Below, piece by piece: positions 21,100 to 34,903 of a stretch of 64,000 nucleotides of DNA. Source of the stretch: Azolla caroliniana (taxonomy: Eukaryota; Plantae; Polypodiophyta). Under the pieces are notes generated by a model that saw nothing but the letters and a program-made list of their open reading frames with translations, searched no databases and was not told where the DNA came from. Both the position numbers and the translations under genes were made by a program. The DNA is taken from assembly GCA_043228905.1 (NCBI GenBank), contig JBHGNT010000008.1:9672001-9736000 (forward strand). The letters are read 5' to 3'. Positions within the stretch are counted from its first letter, which is position 1; each line of letters opens with the position of its first letter.

Positions 21100-23870
21100 C
21101 TTGGCCGAGGAGACGGTTCACGCGCAAAGAGAAAGGGAAGAAAAAGATGCCGGACTTTGAAACCGGCAACGATGAGTCAGATCGGTGTGCATCCGACTCC
21201 GGCAAGGAGAAAGGCGGATCTTCAGCAACGAAGACCGAACCGGCCAAGAAAGCCTTAAACTGGGTAACGGTGAGTTACGCCGGTCCACTCGCCAGAAGGA
21301 TCCCGCCAAACGGTACGGGTACAATGAGTACATGGCGCATCACTACGCGTACAAGACTAAGGTCGCAGAAGTGCATGAGCCGGAGAGCTACGCAGAAGCT
21401 GCAAAGGATGCAAATTTGTGTGCCTCTATGGACGAAGAAATATGCCACTCAATGCCAACGAGACATGGGACCTGGTTGACCCTCCTTGTCATTGTAAACC
21501 GATCAGATGCAAGTGGGTATACAAGGTAAAGTACAACGCTGACGGTTCTGTTAACCGGTATAAAGCCCGGTTAGTGGCGAAGGGATACGCGCAGACCCAC
21601 GAAATTGACTACGACGAGACCTTCGCTCCTATAGCGAAGATGACAACGGTTCAAGTGGTGTTGGCGGTTGTTGCGACAAGGGGGTGGCATCTTCATCAGA
21701 TGGATGTGAAGAATGCATTTCTTCAACGTGATCTTGAAGAAGAAGTCTTTATGACTCAGCCTCCCGGTTTTCAATCGGAGATGAACAAGTCGGCGGTATG
21801 CCGGCTGAAGAAGTCGTTGCATGGCCTTAAGCAAGGCCCTCGAGCTTGGAATGCGAAGATCACGCACCAGTTGCGCAAGCTGGGGTTTGCGGCCTCCAAG
21901 TCAGACTCTTCGTTGTTCATCCGGCAAGGCTCAGCCGGTCCGGTATGTATCCTGTTGTATGTTGATGATTTAGTCATCACCGGACCGGGTCTTCCAAAAG
22001 TCAACCGCGTCAAGTCCCATTTTTCGGACGCATTTGAGATGAAGGACCTGGGGCACCTTCATTATTTTCTTGGGATCGAGGTGATCCGAACCCCCGATGG
22101 CATATTCCTCTCACAACGAAATTACGTCTTGAATATGTTGTACAAGTTCGGCATGACAGAATGACGACCTGTCTCCACACCCTTGGACCGGAACCAGAAG
22201 CTTCGTCCCAACTCCGGACCAGCCTGCAACGAGAAACGGTTCCGACAAATTTTTGGAAGCCTTATTTACTTGACTATCACGCGACCCTACATCAGTTATC
22301 CGGTCGGAATGGTAAGTCAGTTCATGCAGAAGCCGACCATGGAGCACCTTCAGTGCACGTAGCGGATACTGCGATATGTAAGCAGCACGAAGGACCGGGG
22401 ACTGTCATACCGGCGAGGTATAACCGAAGAGCTAGTCGGTTACATGGATGCCGATTGGTCCGGCGATGCGTCGGATCGCAGATCCACTTCCGGTTTTATG
22501 TTTTCCCTTGGGAGCGCAGCTGTTGCGTGGAGCAACAAAAAACAGCCAACAGTTGCTCTGTCGAGCACTGAGTTTGAGTATCGGGGCGCTACCATTGCCA
22601 CATGTGAAGCCATTTGGCTTCGGCGACTGCTGCAAGACCTACGGATCGAGGTACCAACCCCGATTCTGGTCTATTGCGACAACGTAAGCAGCATGGAACT
22701 CACCAAGAACCCCGTATTCCAGGCTCGTACAGAGCACATAGAAGTGCACTATCACTTCATGCGTGAGCGTGTCCTAAGTGGTGAGGTCGAACTTCGGTAT
22801 TTTCACACGGATCGGACTGTTGCCGACATTTTCACCAAACCACTCGGATCAGACAAGTTGCAGCACTTCACCGAAATGCTTGGTGTTCAGCATCTTGACA
22901 TGCCACACTTGAGGGGGAGAACGGACAAAGACACCGGAATAGGCAAAGGCAAAGAGACTTCAGATTGCGCTGGTGAGGGAAGAACAGACGAAGGGAGAGT
23001 CAAGAAGGACAGAGTTGAGCGAAGGAAGAAGGCCAACACCCGGACATGGTTCGATGTGGTGAAGGGCTTGGAACCAGAAGACGGATCGGGAGCAACTGAT
23101 TCGGATAAGAGTTGGAACAAATCAGAGACAATCGATTTGGTTCAACAGACAGATTTGGAAGAACCAGATCAATTCAAGGCCAAGCAGACACGGATGCAGC
23201 GGGAGTCGATGCCATCGCGGAGGAACCGACGGATCGGCAAGTGCCGGAGTCATAGCAGCGAAGGAGCGAAGAGTGGCCTATTGAGCAGACATTCCGACCA
23301 AGAAGGTCGAGGCGCACAGAACCAGAAGGGTCGCGGCAAACAGAACCGGACCGGAAGAGGAGCGCGAGCAAGGCGGAGCGACGCCAGGAGAAGTCGGTTG
23401 GAAGAACCGACTGCCACAGAGGCTAACAGTAGGATCCAACCTCAAGTTGAGCTTGAGGGGGAGTGTTGAGCGGCATGCTCAACTGGAGCTGGATCGGCTC
23501 AATAATCCTGACCTGGCAAGCGAGACGGATCGGTAAGCCATGAGCAACGGAGCCGACAGGCAACAGAGCCGGTGAGATGGGGAGTCAGTTAGCCGGATCC
23601 AGACGGTAACCGGAGGCCTAGTATTAGTTTAGACTACTAGGCGGTTATAGTCTTGTAGTAAGTGTCAGATGCTCGTGTGAGCATTGAAGTACGCGGTACT
23701 TCTGTCAGTCCCACGAGGACTTGTATAAATAGTGCTACTGAGCACAGTTGTAAATACAGAGTGTCTATATTGTTTTGAAAAAAAGCTTTTACGTTCAGCT
23801 CTCTTTGTCTCTCTCGTGTACTCTGTGTATTCTCTGCTTTCTCTATTTTCTAACCCTTCCGCAAGTAATC
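21100..23870 (+). mobile_element. Ty1/Copia 3' half (RT, RH with long C-terminal extension, PPT, 3' LTR from 23464)
   Basis: YKARLVAKGY, QMDVKNAFL, LYVDDL (21418-22164); DADWSGD, SSTEFEY, ADIFTK (22444-23469); PPT TTGAGGGGGAG then TGTTGAG at 23464. Confidence 0.92.
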
Positions 23871-23871
23871 A

Positions 23872-25140
23872 TTTACAGTATGTGACAAAGGTGCTTCAAC
23901 AGTTCAACATGTCGGAGGCGAAACCGGTCGGATCGACGCTTCTGGCAAACTGCAAGCTATCCGGGAAACAAAGCTCGAGAACAAAGGCAGAGAAGACGAA
24001 TATGATGAAGATACCATATGCTTCTACCATCGGGAGTTTGATGTACGTGATGGTATGTACCAGGCTGGATATCGGATATGCAGTCGGAGTGGTGAGTCGG
24101 TTCATGAGCAATCCCAACAAAGAGCATTGGAACGTGGTCAAGTGGATACTCCGCTATTTGAAAGGCACTTCGAGTATGTGCCTCCGGTTTGGCTTTGGTA
24201 ATCCCCAACTTGATGGATTCACGGATTCGCATATGTCGGCTGATGCGGATACCAACCGGTCTACATTCGAATATGTCATGACCTATGTAGGGGGAATTGT
24301 TTCCTAGTAGTTGAGGCTGCAGAAGACAATTGCATTGTCAACCACGGAGGCAGAGTACATGGCAGCTGTAGAAGCCGGCAAGGAGATAATCTGGATGAAG
24401 GACTTCATCGGAGAGCTAGGGATCCAACAGGAGGAATACCGACTCTACTGCGATAGTCAAAGTGCCATCCACCTTGCGAAGAATGCGGCCTACCATTCCC
24501 GGACGAAACATATCCAGCGTAGATACCACTGGATTTGGGAGAGAGTAGAAGATCAAGAGTTCGTGTGACGAAGATCCACATAGAGGAGAACGGGTCGGAT
24601 ATGCTGACCAAGGTCCTAACAACCAACAAGCTGGACGCGTGCCGAAAGCGGATCGGGTTGACAAGATATCCTATGCCCGAGTGAAGGGGGAGATTGTTGG
24701 CAAATCAGTCTCTCCGGATGGGATCCGGTGATGAATAAAGAGGACTTGGTGAGAACCGGAAGAGAAGACATATATGTAAATATGTTTTTTGAGTAAGCCT
24801 ATTGAGGCTATATTTGTAAATAGCCCTACATTCATATAAGTATAAATATGACTTAGGGCAATCACTTTGTATTGTGTGGTTGTTATTGTTGTTGTAACTA
24901 TTGTACAGAAGAGAGTGACAGAGAGGGAGAGAGAGATACAGAGCGATACTCTGTTGTAACCGCGGCCTGGCGAAGAAACCGAGCTCGAGGTAGTTGCCTA
25001 TGAGTCTTTGATTGTACACCTTCTCTTCATAGTGATAGTTCAGAGTCTGTGGGCTCCCATGGTTTTTCCCTATTAGGGTTTTCCACGTAAACATCTTGTG
25101 TTCACTCTTTAGTTCTCATTTCTATGGTCTCCATTCTCAT
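23872..25140 (+). mobile_element. Ty1/Copia (Tork-like) RT-end/RH fragment with PPT and 3' LTR (24695-25140)
   Basis: PYASTIGSLMYVMVCTRLDI; ALSTTEAEY; RTKHIQRRYHW; PPT GAAGGGGGAGAT then TGTTGG. Confidence 0.9.
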
Positions 25141-25149
25141 CGAAGTGTT

Positions 25150-26850
25150 CAAGACTCGGTTGTGGCCGAGCAATATTCTGCGCTTTTTGCAACACATTCT
25201 CTCCCTATTCCACATTTGACTTGGTTGTGGCCGACATCCATTTTTCTATCAGTAGAGTCTTCTACTGCCTTGCATCCTGTGTGCACAACCAGATGGTGGA
25301 CTACATTCGAGATACAAAGACGTCGAAGGAGGCCTGATAAAATCTGAAGAAGATTTTCGCCGCAAGTACCACGACCCGTAAGTTGTAGCTCTGTCAAGAG
25401 CTCAACAATATCCGATAGAGGGATATGATAGTGACCGACTACACCAAGAAGATCAAGGAAATCTGTTATGCCTTGGGGTCCATTAATGTGACGGTGGACG
25501 AGGACGAAATCGTACAATTTTTCGTTGGTGATTTGGCTCAAAGGTATGGGCCAATCCGGACGACTATCTACATGAGGGAGAAACCACCATTGTTTTTTGA
25601 CCTTCAATCATTGCTTATGGTCCAAGAAAACCACGTGGATGCATCAAGGTTCACACAACCTAACCACCGGATGTTGTACACGGAGGCGAATAGGCCCCGT
25701 AGTCATGGACAACATGGTGGATCGACACCCAATGGTGGAGGCCGACAAGAGAAGAACCAGAGACATAATCAACATGCCGACAGCAGTTCTGGACCCTCCA
25801 TTTGTAGGGGGAGCCAAGGTGGTGCCGAAAATGGCTAGCGAAGGTTGCGTCGGAATGCTAGTATTGTGGCCAGAAAGGCCACGGAGAAAGCGAGTGCTAG
25901 AAGAAGAAGGCAAATCCAAACAAATCTGGATCAGGCAGGGCCGAACAAGGAAATCAGCAATGGTCGCACTACGCAGAAGGTTCTGGAGGACCCGAAACAG
26001 GCCCACCCTTTGTGATAAAGCACAAGGCCAATTCAATAAAGAGCAAGACCTCGAAGCCGAGTGAGAGGTTTTCATATGTTGATTCCGGAGCGTCAAATCA
26101 TATGACGAGCCACTGGGAGCGGTTTTCATATTTGGAGAGACCGGAACAACTAGGGGTCGTCGAAACTGGTCAGGACACCTCACATCCCATCGAGCATGTC
26201 GGTGATGTCCCATTGAGCAATGTCGAAAAAAAGGGGAGACTTATGAACGTCTTTCACATCTCGAGAATCACCAAGAATTTGGTGTTAGTTAGACCAATCA
26301 TCGACCAAGGGATGTAGGTCCGGTTTACCCATCTTGGCAGCTTCATCGAAGAAGAAGGGAAAATCATCGCACAAGGGCTAGGAGAAGGGAGGATGTTCAT
26401 CCTTAACACAAATGACGTTGTCACTACAATGTTTGCCAAAGTAAAATAAATCAAATCGGATATCAACTTATGGCATAACCGGATTGACTATGTCAACTTT
26501 CAACAGCTTCAGGAGTTGCAGGCGAAACAAGTTGTGTTTGTCTTGCCGAAATTTAGTAGCCGGAAGGTCCAAGTTTGTGAAGCCTACCAACTAGGGAAAC
26601 AACAACGACTTCCTTTTGCCAACGAGTGAAACCAGAGTCGCAATCAGCTCGACTTAATACATTCGGATGTGTGGGGACCGGCACAGAATGTGAGCCTAGG
26701 CGAGAGTCGATATTTTGTCTCCTTCATCGACGACTATAGCTGACACAGTTAGATCTATCTCATAGAGAAGAAAATTGATGTCTTCGACTGTTTCCGGAAT
26801 ATAAAGAGCCTAGTGGAAAGGGAAACTAAGAGAAAGATCAGGTGTCTTTG
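25150..26850 (+). mobile_element. Decayed Ty1/Copia 5' fragment (gag, PR, INT start)
   Basis: Gag DYTKKIKEICYALGSI; protease YVDSGASNHMT; integrase IHSDVWGPAQ at ~26660. Confidence 0.88.
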
Positions 26851-27097
26851 TTGACCTTTCGGCTAGTACAAGGAGTGAAGAAAGGTGAAATCATCGATGG
26901 GTTCTAGAGAAGTCAAGAGGGAGACGAGACCACCAAGATCGATTTGAGCGCACCAGAATTGTAGACAAAACTTGGTGTAGGGGAGGATTAGAAGAGATAG
27001 AGGGAGGGGAGAGGGAGATGAAGGATCAAAACACTAATAATAAAACTCTACATAAGAATAAAACACTAAATGAGATTAAAACATACCCATAAGCTTG

Positions 27098-28500
27098 AGA
27101 GAGAAAGAAAGAAAGAAAGAAAGAAGGAAAGATATATTAACGTCTTCTAAGGCCAAATTTGGCCCATGAGACAATTGGTTTACAACAAAATGAGTATTTA
27201 TCCAATCATCATAAGTAAAATAAAATAAAGTAAATATAGAACTTAAGCTAAAAGAGTTCTAGTAGTGTACAATATGTGCTATACTCGATAAAGGAAATGA
27301 CTTTACACTAATCCTAATTTTATTTCCACCCAAGACTCTCGAAAAGAAATGGGGGGTCAAAGGGTTTTGATGTGGGTGTGACCCGTGGTTCCAATGTAGA
27401 GAGTGCCCTAGCCATGGCTTCTAGACGGTGTAGGTCACGTTTCCTTATTTTCATTATTGCTTCCACACCATGTCGAGTTGCTTTGAAACCCGGCACCCGA
27501 GGACGTCTGGTTCTTCTTTGGTTTTCTGCCTCATCAAGGGAAAGGCCGAGTGGTGCAAGTGTGTCGACATTGTTCCTGAAAAACTTCGTTTGTTACATGT
27601 TGGTGAACATTAACAACATTATTGTCAACATTTTGTAACTTATTCTCCCTATGTTTTTTTAGCTCTAGAATGTATTTGCCTAATTTCTTTATATCTAGAG
27701 TATCTAATAGTTTGGGGAGGGTGGGAGAGGAACCAAGTATGTCTTGGTATTTTTCCCTTATCTCGGCGTAGGTTGGGCACTTGCATGTAAAGTGATACTC
27801 ATCCTCTATCTCTATGTGACATAACCTACATATCCTTTCCTCCCTAGGGACTCCATTAGTATGGCCATTCTCAATCTCAAGTTGGTGAGATGATATTCTA
27901 AGTTGTCCAATGGCAACCCTTAGTGCATGTGGTAAGAATACATCTAGATATTTTGGCCGCGTGATAAAACCTAACTCAGAGAAGTGCATGAAGTGTTCCT
28001 TATAGTACAACATTTTAGATGGGAGTGGCTCTCATGGGGTGATCCATTTATATCGAGTGTAAATTTGTCATATGTCTTGGTGTATTACTTTATTGCGGTC
28101 CTCATGAGAGATTAAAGTGTTAAATCAATCATGTGGTTGTACCTAAGGGGAGGTAGGTTATTAATGTCTAGACCATTCGCAAGAAGCCAACTCACCATCA
28201 TGCCATACCATGAGCTAGTATAGTCGGACTCATACAATGATCGAGAGGCCTTAAAGGCTTGATGAAATATTCTATCATGTGGTTGGCTATGTATCCTATG
28301 AATAAAGACTACAAGTTGGAAAAGTGTCTCTACTAACATTGGGGGTAACGTGAACTCAACCCTAATAATGTCATGTGGTACTATCGATTTGCTTCAGAGT
28401 TGGCGTGATAACATCATCACCAATGGTCTCTCTAATTGCGTCCACATGAAAGATGGTAATCATGGAGCCCAAACCGTTGATGCATACATGAGAGAGAGGG
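27098..28500 (-). mobile_element. 5'-truncated decayed LINE (RTEX-like, family 2) with (TTTC)n tail
   Basis: QLRISSHQLEIENG...RICRLCH.EIEDEYHFTCKC (27534-28013); 3' motif GGCCAAATTTGGCC at 27151-27164; homologous to 52300-53250. Confidence 0.88.
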
Positions 28501-28520
28501 ATTAAACTAAATTAATCTTT

Positions 28521-28760
28521 GTTGAGATACAAGCTCAACATTAGCCGGATCGGTGCGTAAACCGGTGCGCAACAAGAGGTTGGATCAGTGTGGAAACCAG
28601 AAGGCCGTTGAATAGATATTCTACGAGGGAATATATTTGGGAGTTAGTGTAGGAGCTCAGTTATGAGCATTGAAGTACGTGTCAATACTTCTGTCAGTCC
28701 ATATGGACTTGTATAAAAGTTCTCTCTGAGCACATCCTATGTACAGAGTTTAGAAAACAT
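28521..28760 (+). mobile_element. Partial Copia LTR related to the LTR at 23464
   Basis: Starts (T)GTTGAGATACAAGCTCAACA; shares GAGCATTGAAGTACG...TACTTCTGTCAGTCC...GGACTTGTATAAA with 23680-23730. Confidence 0.75.
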
Positions 28761-28789
28761 TAAATTGAATGGAGAAATACAAAAACAAA

Positions 28790-29200
28790 ACATTAAAGTT
28801 AAATTGAAGGGGCTAAAAAAGCCTAGAAAAAAACTCAAGGAACAAATGGAGAGGGTTAGGGAAAAGACAAAAGGGGGGGGTATGAATGAAAATAAGAGAA
28901 AGTAAGAGATGATTAAAAGAAAACATAAAGTAAAATTGGGAAGGGTAGGATCGGAAAAAAATTAGAGGGGGCCGAGATACTAAAACAGAAATTAAAATTA
29001 AAATTAAATTGAAGGGGCTAAAAATAAAAAGGCTAGAAAGTAAAAAACTCAAGGAACAAATGGAGAAGGTTAGGGAAAAGAGAAAAGGGAGGGGTACACA
29101 TGAGAATAAGAGAAAGTAAGAGAAGATAAAATGACAAATTAAAATAACATAAAGTAAAATTGGGAAGGGTAGGATTGGAAATAGGAGAGAGTGGGGCAAG
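28790..29200. repeat. Purine-rich tandem duplication, 2 x ~205 bp
   Basis: AAATTGAAGGGGCTAAAAA...AACTCAAGGAACAAATGGAG...ACATAAAGTAAAATTGGGAAGGGTAGGAT occurs twice. Confidence 0.85.
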
Positions 29201-29269
29201 GGTAGAGTAGAAATTAGGAGGAAGTGTGGAGGGGTAAGCCGGTGACAAACATCGTGTTATGCGAAAGAG

Positions 29270-30260
29270 TGTAGGGTAGTAGGACTTTTTCAGCGTACTT
29301 CATTTGTGACAACCATAACACCTTCCTAGTTCTGTCTTGAACTATGTGCATCCCCAAAATCTATTTGACCTGTCCAAGATCTTTCATTGCAAACGATTTG
29401 CCTAACGCTTTCTTCAAGCTCACGATCTTCTTTGTGTCCCATCCGACTATTAACATGTCATCAACATATAATAGAAGGATCAAGAGGTCACCGTCATTAT
29501 ACCTTTTTATAAACACGCGGTGATTAGCTTGTGTTTTATGGAACCTAGGTTCCAGCATGAAGGATTCTAACTTCTTTCACCATTAGCATGGAGCTTGTTT
29601 CAAACCATACAACCTTTTCTTCAGTCGACACACCAGGTTCTCTTTTCCTTTCACTACAAAGCCTTTGGGTTGTTGCATATAGATGTCTTCATCTAATCCT
29701 CCATGCAAGAATGCAGTCTTGACATCCAACTGTTCAATCTTTAATCCATACTAGTAGGTATGCTCAGAACAGTTTGGATGGATGTCATCTTCACGACTGG
29801 TGCGAAAATATCATCAAAGTTGACATCCTTTGTCTACTGAAAATCCTTCACCACAATGTGGGCCTTATATCTGGGTGTGTTGCCATCTTCTCCAGTTTTC
29901 ACCTTGTAGACCCATTTGTTTTTTAGTGCTCTCTTACGTTCCATTAGCTCAACCAGGTGGTAGGTGTAATTTTCATGCAAGAAATCCATTTCTTCTTGCA
30001 TTGCACTAAACCATTTCTCTAAGATCAAGATCAAGATACAAGACGAGTGAAGGAGATAGAGAGAGAGAGATAGAGATGCAGAGGCACAAAGAGTAACTGT
30101 ATTATTCACATACGTTACAATGAAAGAATGGCAACAACCTTAACAAACTACTTATAACCTAAGTTATATATGACTAAGTTAAGGCAAGTGCCCTTTGACC
30201 ATATTACAAATATGTCCAAGTCTAGTTTGTACAAATGGGACAATGTGAATATGGCCATTA
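29270..30260 (-). mobile_element. Decayed Ty1/Copia RT fragment plus LTR-like piece
   Basis: KNKWVYKVK...RYKAHIVVK; LLLYVDDMLIVG; FAMKDLG. Confidence 0.85.
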
Positions 30261-31546
30261 TATACCCGTATTTGATAGTGTCACCAAAAAAAGACTTGTT
30301 ATTGACAAGATTTTGACACTAAAAAATATATCCAATGCCGAGAATAAAATCTTCTAATGGCTTGATTCTCATCTCTGCATGCTCTAATGGGCTTCAAGTT
30401 TATTCTGGCATTGATGATTTGAATCAATTACAAAGTGCGTGCCCATTAAGGGGTCGTGTTAAATTGTATTGTCTGTGGTAATTTCCACATACATATTATG
30501 AGTTTTTTCTTGTGGCTATCTATGTAAATATCCACAAGGGAAAAGTTAAGCCTATGTTTTATCTTATATATATATATATATGCTGGCAAAACCATTTGAA
30601 TTTTACAATAGAGAATAAAGTTTTGTGCTTACATTGTGTCTCTCTATCTCACTCTTGATTTAGGGTTTCTCTTTTAAATTAGCTTAAACATGTCATACAC
30701 AAAGTCATTCTTGATTTTGCATACTCCTATTGGAGTAGATTCCACTTCCACAATTACAAAATTTATACCATGTATCATCATACATAGTGAATAAGTTTAT
30801 GTGAAGAGCACATGATTTTGATAATGCTTATTACTTCTGAATGGTTATGGACCTATTTGTCCCCTTTGCAAATGAGTTAGATGAAATTATTTATGGTAGC
30901 ATGAATTGAAATGTATGAGTACTATATGTATTCCCATTTTTTGTTTAGATGCTTGTTTTGCTATAAACGTTCCATCACGTAAACTAATTAGTTCCAAATG
31001 TGATCATCATATGCTACACTTGTAAGTAATAAACCCTGAATTCCCTTTTCACCAAAAGAATAATCCCCATCTGAACATCATCCAATGAAAACATAGGTTT
31101 ATGTTACCATTTGACTTTTGAATTGTTAAATGGTGATGAGACTACATTGTTATCAACTGTGATTTTAAGACCATAATATGATTGAGTTTGACAATTATGA
31201 ATGGAGCTAGTATGTAATACCTTTGACAGTAATGAATGGAGCGTAATACATAATACCTTTGAAAATAATGGTAAATGATTTGGAATATGGTATGAACTTC
31301 CTTTAGTATTTAGAGAGATTTGAAAATGATTGATTTGGTTATTCATGATGAAAGACACAAACTGAACTTTAGAAAGAGGGTTTTGATTGGCTTTTGAACC
31401 ACAACCAAGAAAAATATATTACACTTTAGGGGAATTAGAGATGCAATAGATCCAACTATCCACATCTAGGCAATATTTGTGCTGAAATATAATTGTTACT
31501 TCTTAATTTTTAAATACCTCATGAAATGAAGCACAACCAATGGCCG

Positions 31547-31636
31547 TCAAGTTTCCAAGTTAAGCCCAAATATAGATGTGGTATGAAGTATCATTTGTCG
31601 AACATCTTCAATTGTTGTCACAAATTTGTTTTTAAC
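31547..31636 (-). CDS. bHLH exon 4 (terminal helix of ACT-like domain; absent from the ORF track)
   Basis: Acceptor ttgtcaAG at 31638-31637, then 29 codons VKNKFVTTIEDVRQMILHTTSIFGLNLET and TGA at 31549-31547. Confidence 0.75.
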   Translation of the reverse strand, partial: VKNKFVTTIEDVRQMILHTTSIFGLNLET

Positions 31637-34600
31637 CTTGACAATAATTAACAAGTTCAATGATTAGAGAACCTTCCACAAGAAAGAATGACTAAAATTT
31701 TATGATGGTAAATACCCCAACTATATGACGATCTACATAAGTAGAAAATTGATAAGGATTACACTAGGAAGAATTTGTATTTATTTTATACATGTCTTAA
31801 AAACATAAACAAAGATCGATAAATAATATATTCATACGATAGTATACTACTAGTAATATTATGATAACCACCACCACAACCATAACTATTGGGATGACAC
31901 TCACCCTCCATCCTCAACCCATTGTAATGAAACCCAAATGCATGATGTCCCAATGCGAGTAAATATAAATTTGCAAACTATTGGGAATTGCAAATCCTTC
32001 TATTGGTAATTACTAATAATTTACTTGATATGTCAATGGGGATAAATCCATGAAGCAATGGTTTAAATCTTACTATCTTTGCTACTACCAGTAATGTAAA
32101 GGTAAATTTGCGAACTATTTTGAACAATATAAAATCCTTCTTGAGATTTGTTATTACTTCCATTGGCAATTACCAATACTTTTCTTGACATGTTAATGCA
32201 TACAAATATGTGAAACAATAATTTCTTACTACCTTTGCTACTCTTGATACTAACAATAATGTATTAGAAATCTTAGGTATTGATTTTGGACAGTCATGGA
32301 GATCTAGTAGATAATCATGCAATCAGTTTTTGACATGTTTATATAGTGTTGATGTTCATAACCATCTTTAATATTGAGTATATATTCACAAGTTGAATAA
32401 TGACCATTCATATGGTTTAGATAAAATGAAAAATGATGCAATATTTGGGGACGTTATAAAGAAATGAATAATGTAGCTTACCTCGATAGTTAAATTTTGG
32501 AAAATGTTATTGCCATGTGAGGTGATGTTTGCAGACAAAATATGAATTTCAATTGCTTCCATAGCTCGACATAGTTGAACTAACACATTATCACTTTTCT
32601 TGCAATGTATGTGAATGTGGTACAATTGCTTGTCCATTTGGGACACGTGTACCTACATTGGCACACATCTATTGATCATATATTCAATAAAGAAACACAA
32701 AAGAAAACTTAGACAAAATTCAATTGATTTACATGCGATCTGGCACAATTTCAAAGTGTAATACAAGTTATACAATTTCTAGATCATGGATCCAATCTTG
32801 AATGTTCAACGCTCCATGAAAAGATGAGGGCAATATTGCCCAAAATGAAGAGTACGAGTGTTCTATTTTAGAACATTAAAAGCATCCTAGCTAATTTGGG
32901 AGTCATGCAAGTGCAAAATAGATAAATAAAAAAGTAAAGAGCACTACAAAATGCATAGAAAATGAAAAACGGACATGGGGGGACCCTCCCTTCCATTGCT
33001 TTTAGATTCATGGAAACTAAAGCATTAAATATTTATTCGTATTATGAAATGAGGACAGAAAATTGTCTGCAAGACATTTCTTGTTATGGAGTAGTTATGA
33101 TTATAGAAATCAAGGGAAGCTTGGTTGGAAGTAGTTAGAGAAATTACTGATCTTGTAGTTGAGTCCATGGGTATTTAAGTAGCTTGTGTGCACAAAGAAG
33201 AGGAGGCCATTGTCTAGAAATTAGGGGAATGCCCCTCATATAATACTTCCTCTTTATTACAACAATACCTTTTCCTCTTATTCTATTGAGTACCCCTCTC
33301 TATAATTTCTTTCTCTCTTCAATGTTTTCTAATACTTGGTATCAAAGCGGGTTCTACGCATCACCTTCACCAAGAAGGTGTACGACCGTGGAAAGATCTA
33401 GCAACTAGCACATAAGAGAAGCAAATAGCAAACTCAAATAGTCATAGCCAGGGAGTGGAAGGTATGGCTAGAAATCAAGTGAAAGGCTACATTGGTGGTT
33501 GATTTTATTTTCAAGCACTAGAGAAAGAAACAATCTACAACAACTGAAGTGAGCATCTTATGATAGCAACAAGAAACACATCTAATAAGTTAAGAAGAGT
33601 TTATCGACAACATATCTACTCGACCGGCCAAACTCTCGGGTAAGAAATTTCTAAAAATGTGTTGAATAATAGAAGGAGAATGGATAGGGAATCACACCCT
33701 TTTCGACAAAGGGGAAATATGGAAATCGTGGATGAATTTGAATCACGAGAAATAATAGAGCACGGTAGTGATCATGTGGAACAACTAGGTGGGCAAACCT
33801 CACAAGATTTGGGAGAAACGGTGGGGATCGAATTTGGATCTCTCCATGAAGCATTGGAAGTAGAAGGGCAAGAGTCAAGGGAAGAGACGATTAGAAAACT
33901 CGTGGATACAATACAGATGATGGCCATAACCAAGCCCTAATGAAGCATCGATTAGAAATACTAGTCGATCTTCTTTTAAATAATGAAGTAGGGGCATAGA
34001 AGGGGGAGGCAGATAGTTCATGCCAATCAAACCAAGGATGTATTCAGGTGAACAAAAATCACTAGCCTTGATTAGGTAGGTTCATGAGGTAGAACACTTT
34101 CTTCGACAAAGTGGTATACCCCAAGGCCAATGGGCAATATCTCCAACAAACTTTTTAGAAGGGACGACCTTAAATGGGCAACTTTTCGGAGAGAACACAT
34201 ATTATTTCATGGGATGGCAAGCCTTCACAACTCAAATGCGGCAATATTTTATCCCACCAAATGAAACAATTCGTTTGATGGATGAATGGAGGAAATTAAG
34301 GAAAGTCGAGGGGATTTTTTCATTAAGTGACTAAAATTCATAGTTTTTTGTTTGGTTTAAGATATAAAATCAGGATGGAGATTAAAAAGCAGCTACCAGT
34401 GAATTTGGAGATGGCAATCCAATTGGCTGAACAAATTGGTGATATCGCAGAACTTCAACAACCATTTTGAGCCATGAAATCATCCATCAACTTCCCTATG
34501 AGATGCGATTTTAGTAGGCAAGAGCAAAGAGTTCTCTACAGATCACCAACTATGTCCAAGGATAATTGCGGGGATAATCGTGGAACATGAAAAATCATGC

Positions 34601-34867
34601 CATCCACATCAAATGGGAAAAGGATCCAAAATCTTCGAAGGGGCTGTTTTGAATGTGGCATTCCACACTTAGTGTCGAATACAAGTGTATAATGGTTGTA
34701 TTCACACTGTCCCTTTGGACATCCCAAGTTTGGGCTATTTCTATAAATAGCATAAAGGGCAGTTGCCCTAGGATAGTCACTATATAAAGTGACTTTGTAA
34801 CCTTTAGTAAAGGTCGGTTGTCATTCTTTGTAACTGTTGCTATTGGAAGTTAACGTTTTCTTTGTGC

Positions 34868-34903
<36 letters not shown>

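Noticed and set aside
30320-31140. Alternative candidates for the last bHLH exon
   Set aside because: No ACT-like terminal helix; 31547-31636 fits both phase and sequence pattern better.
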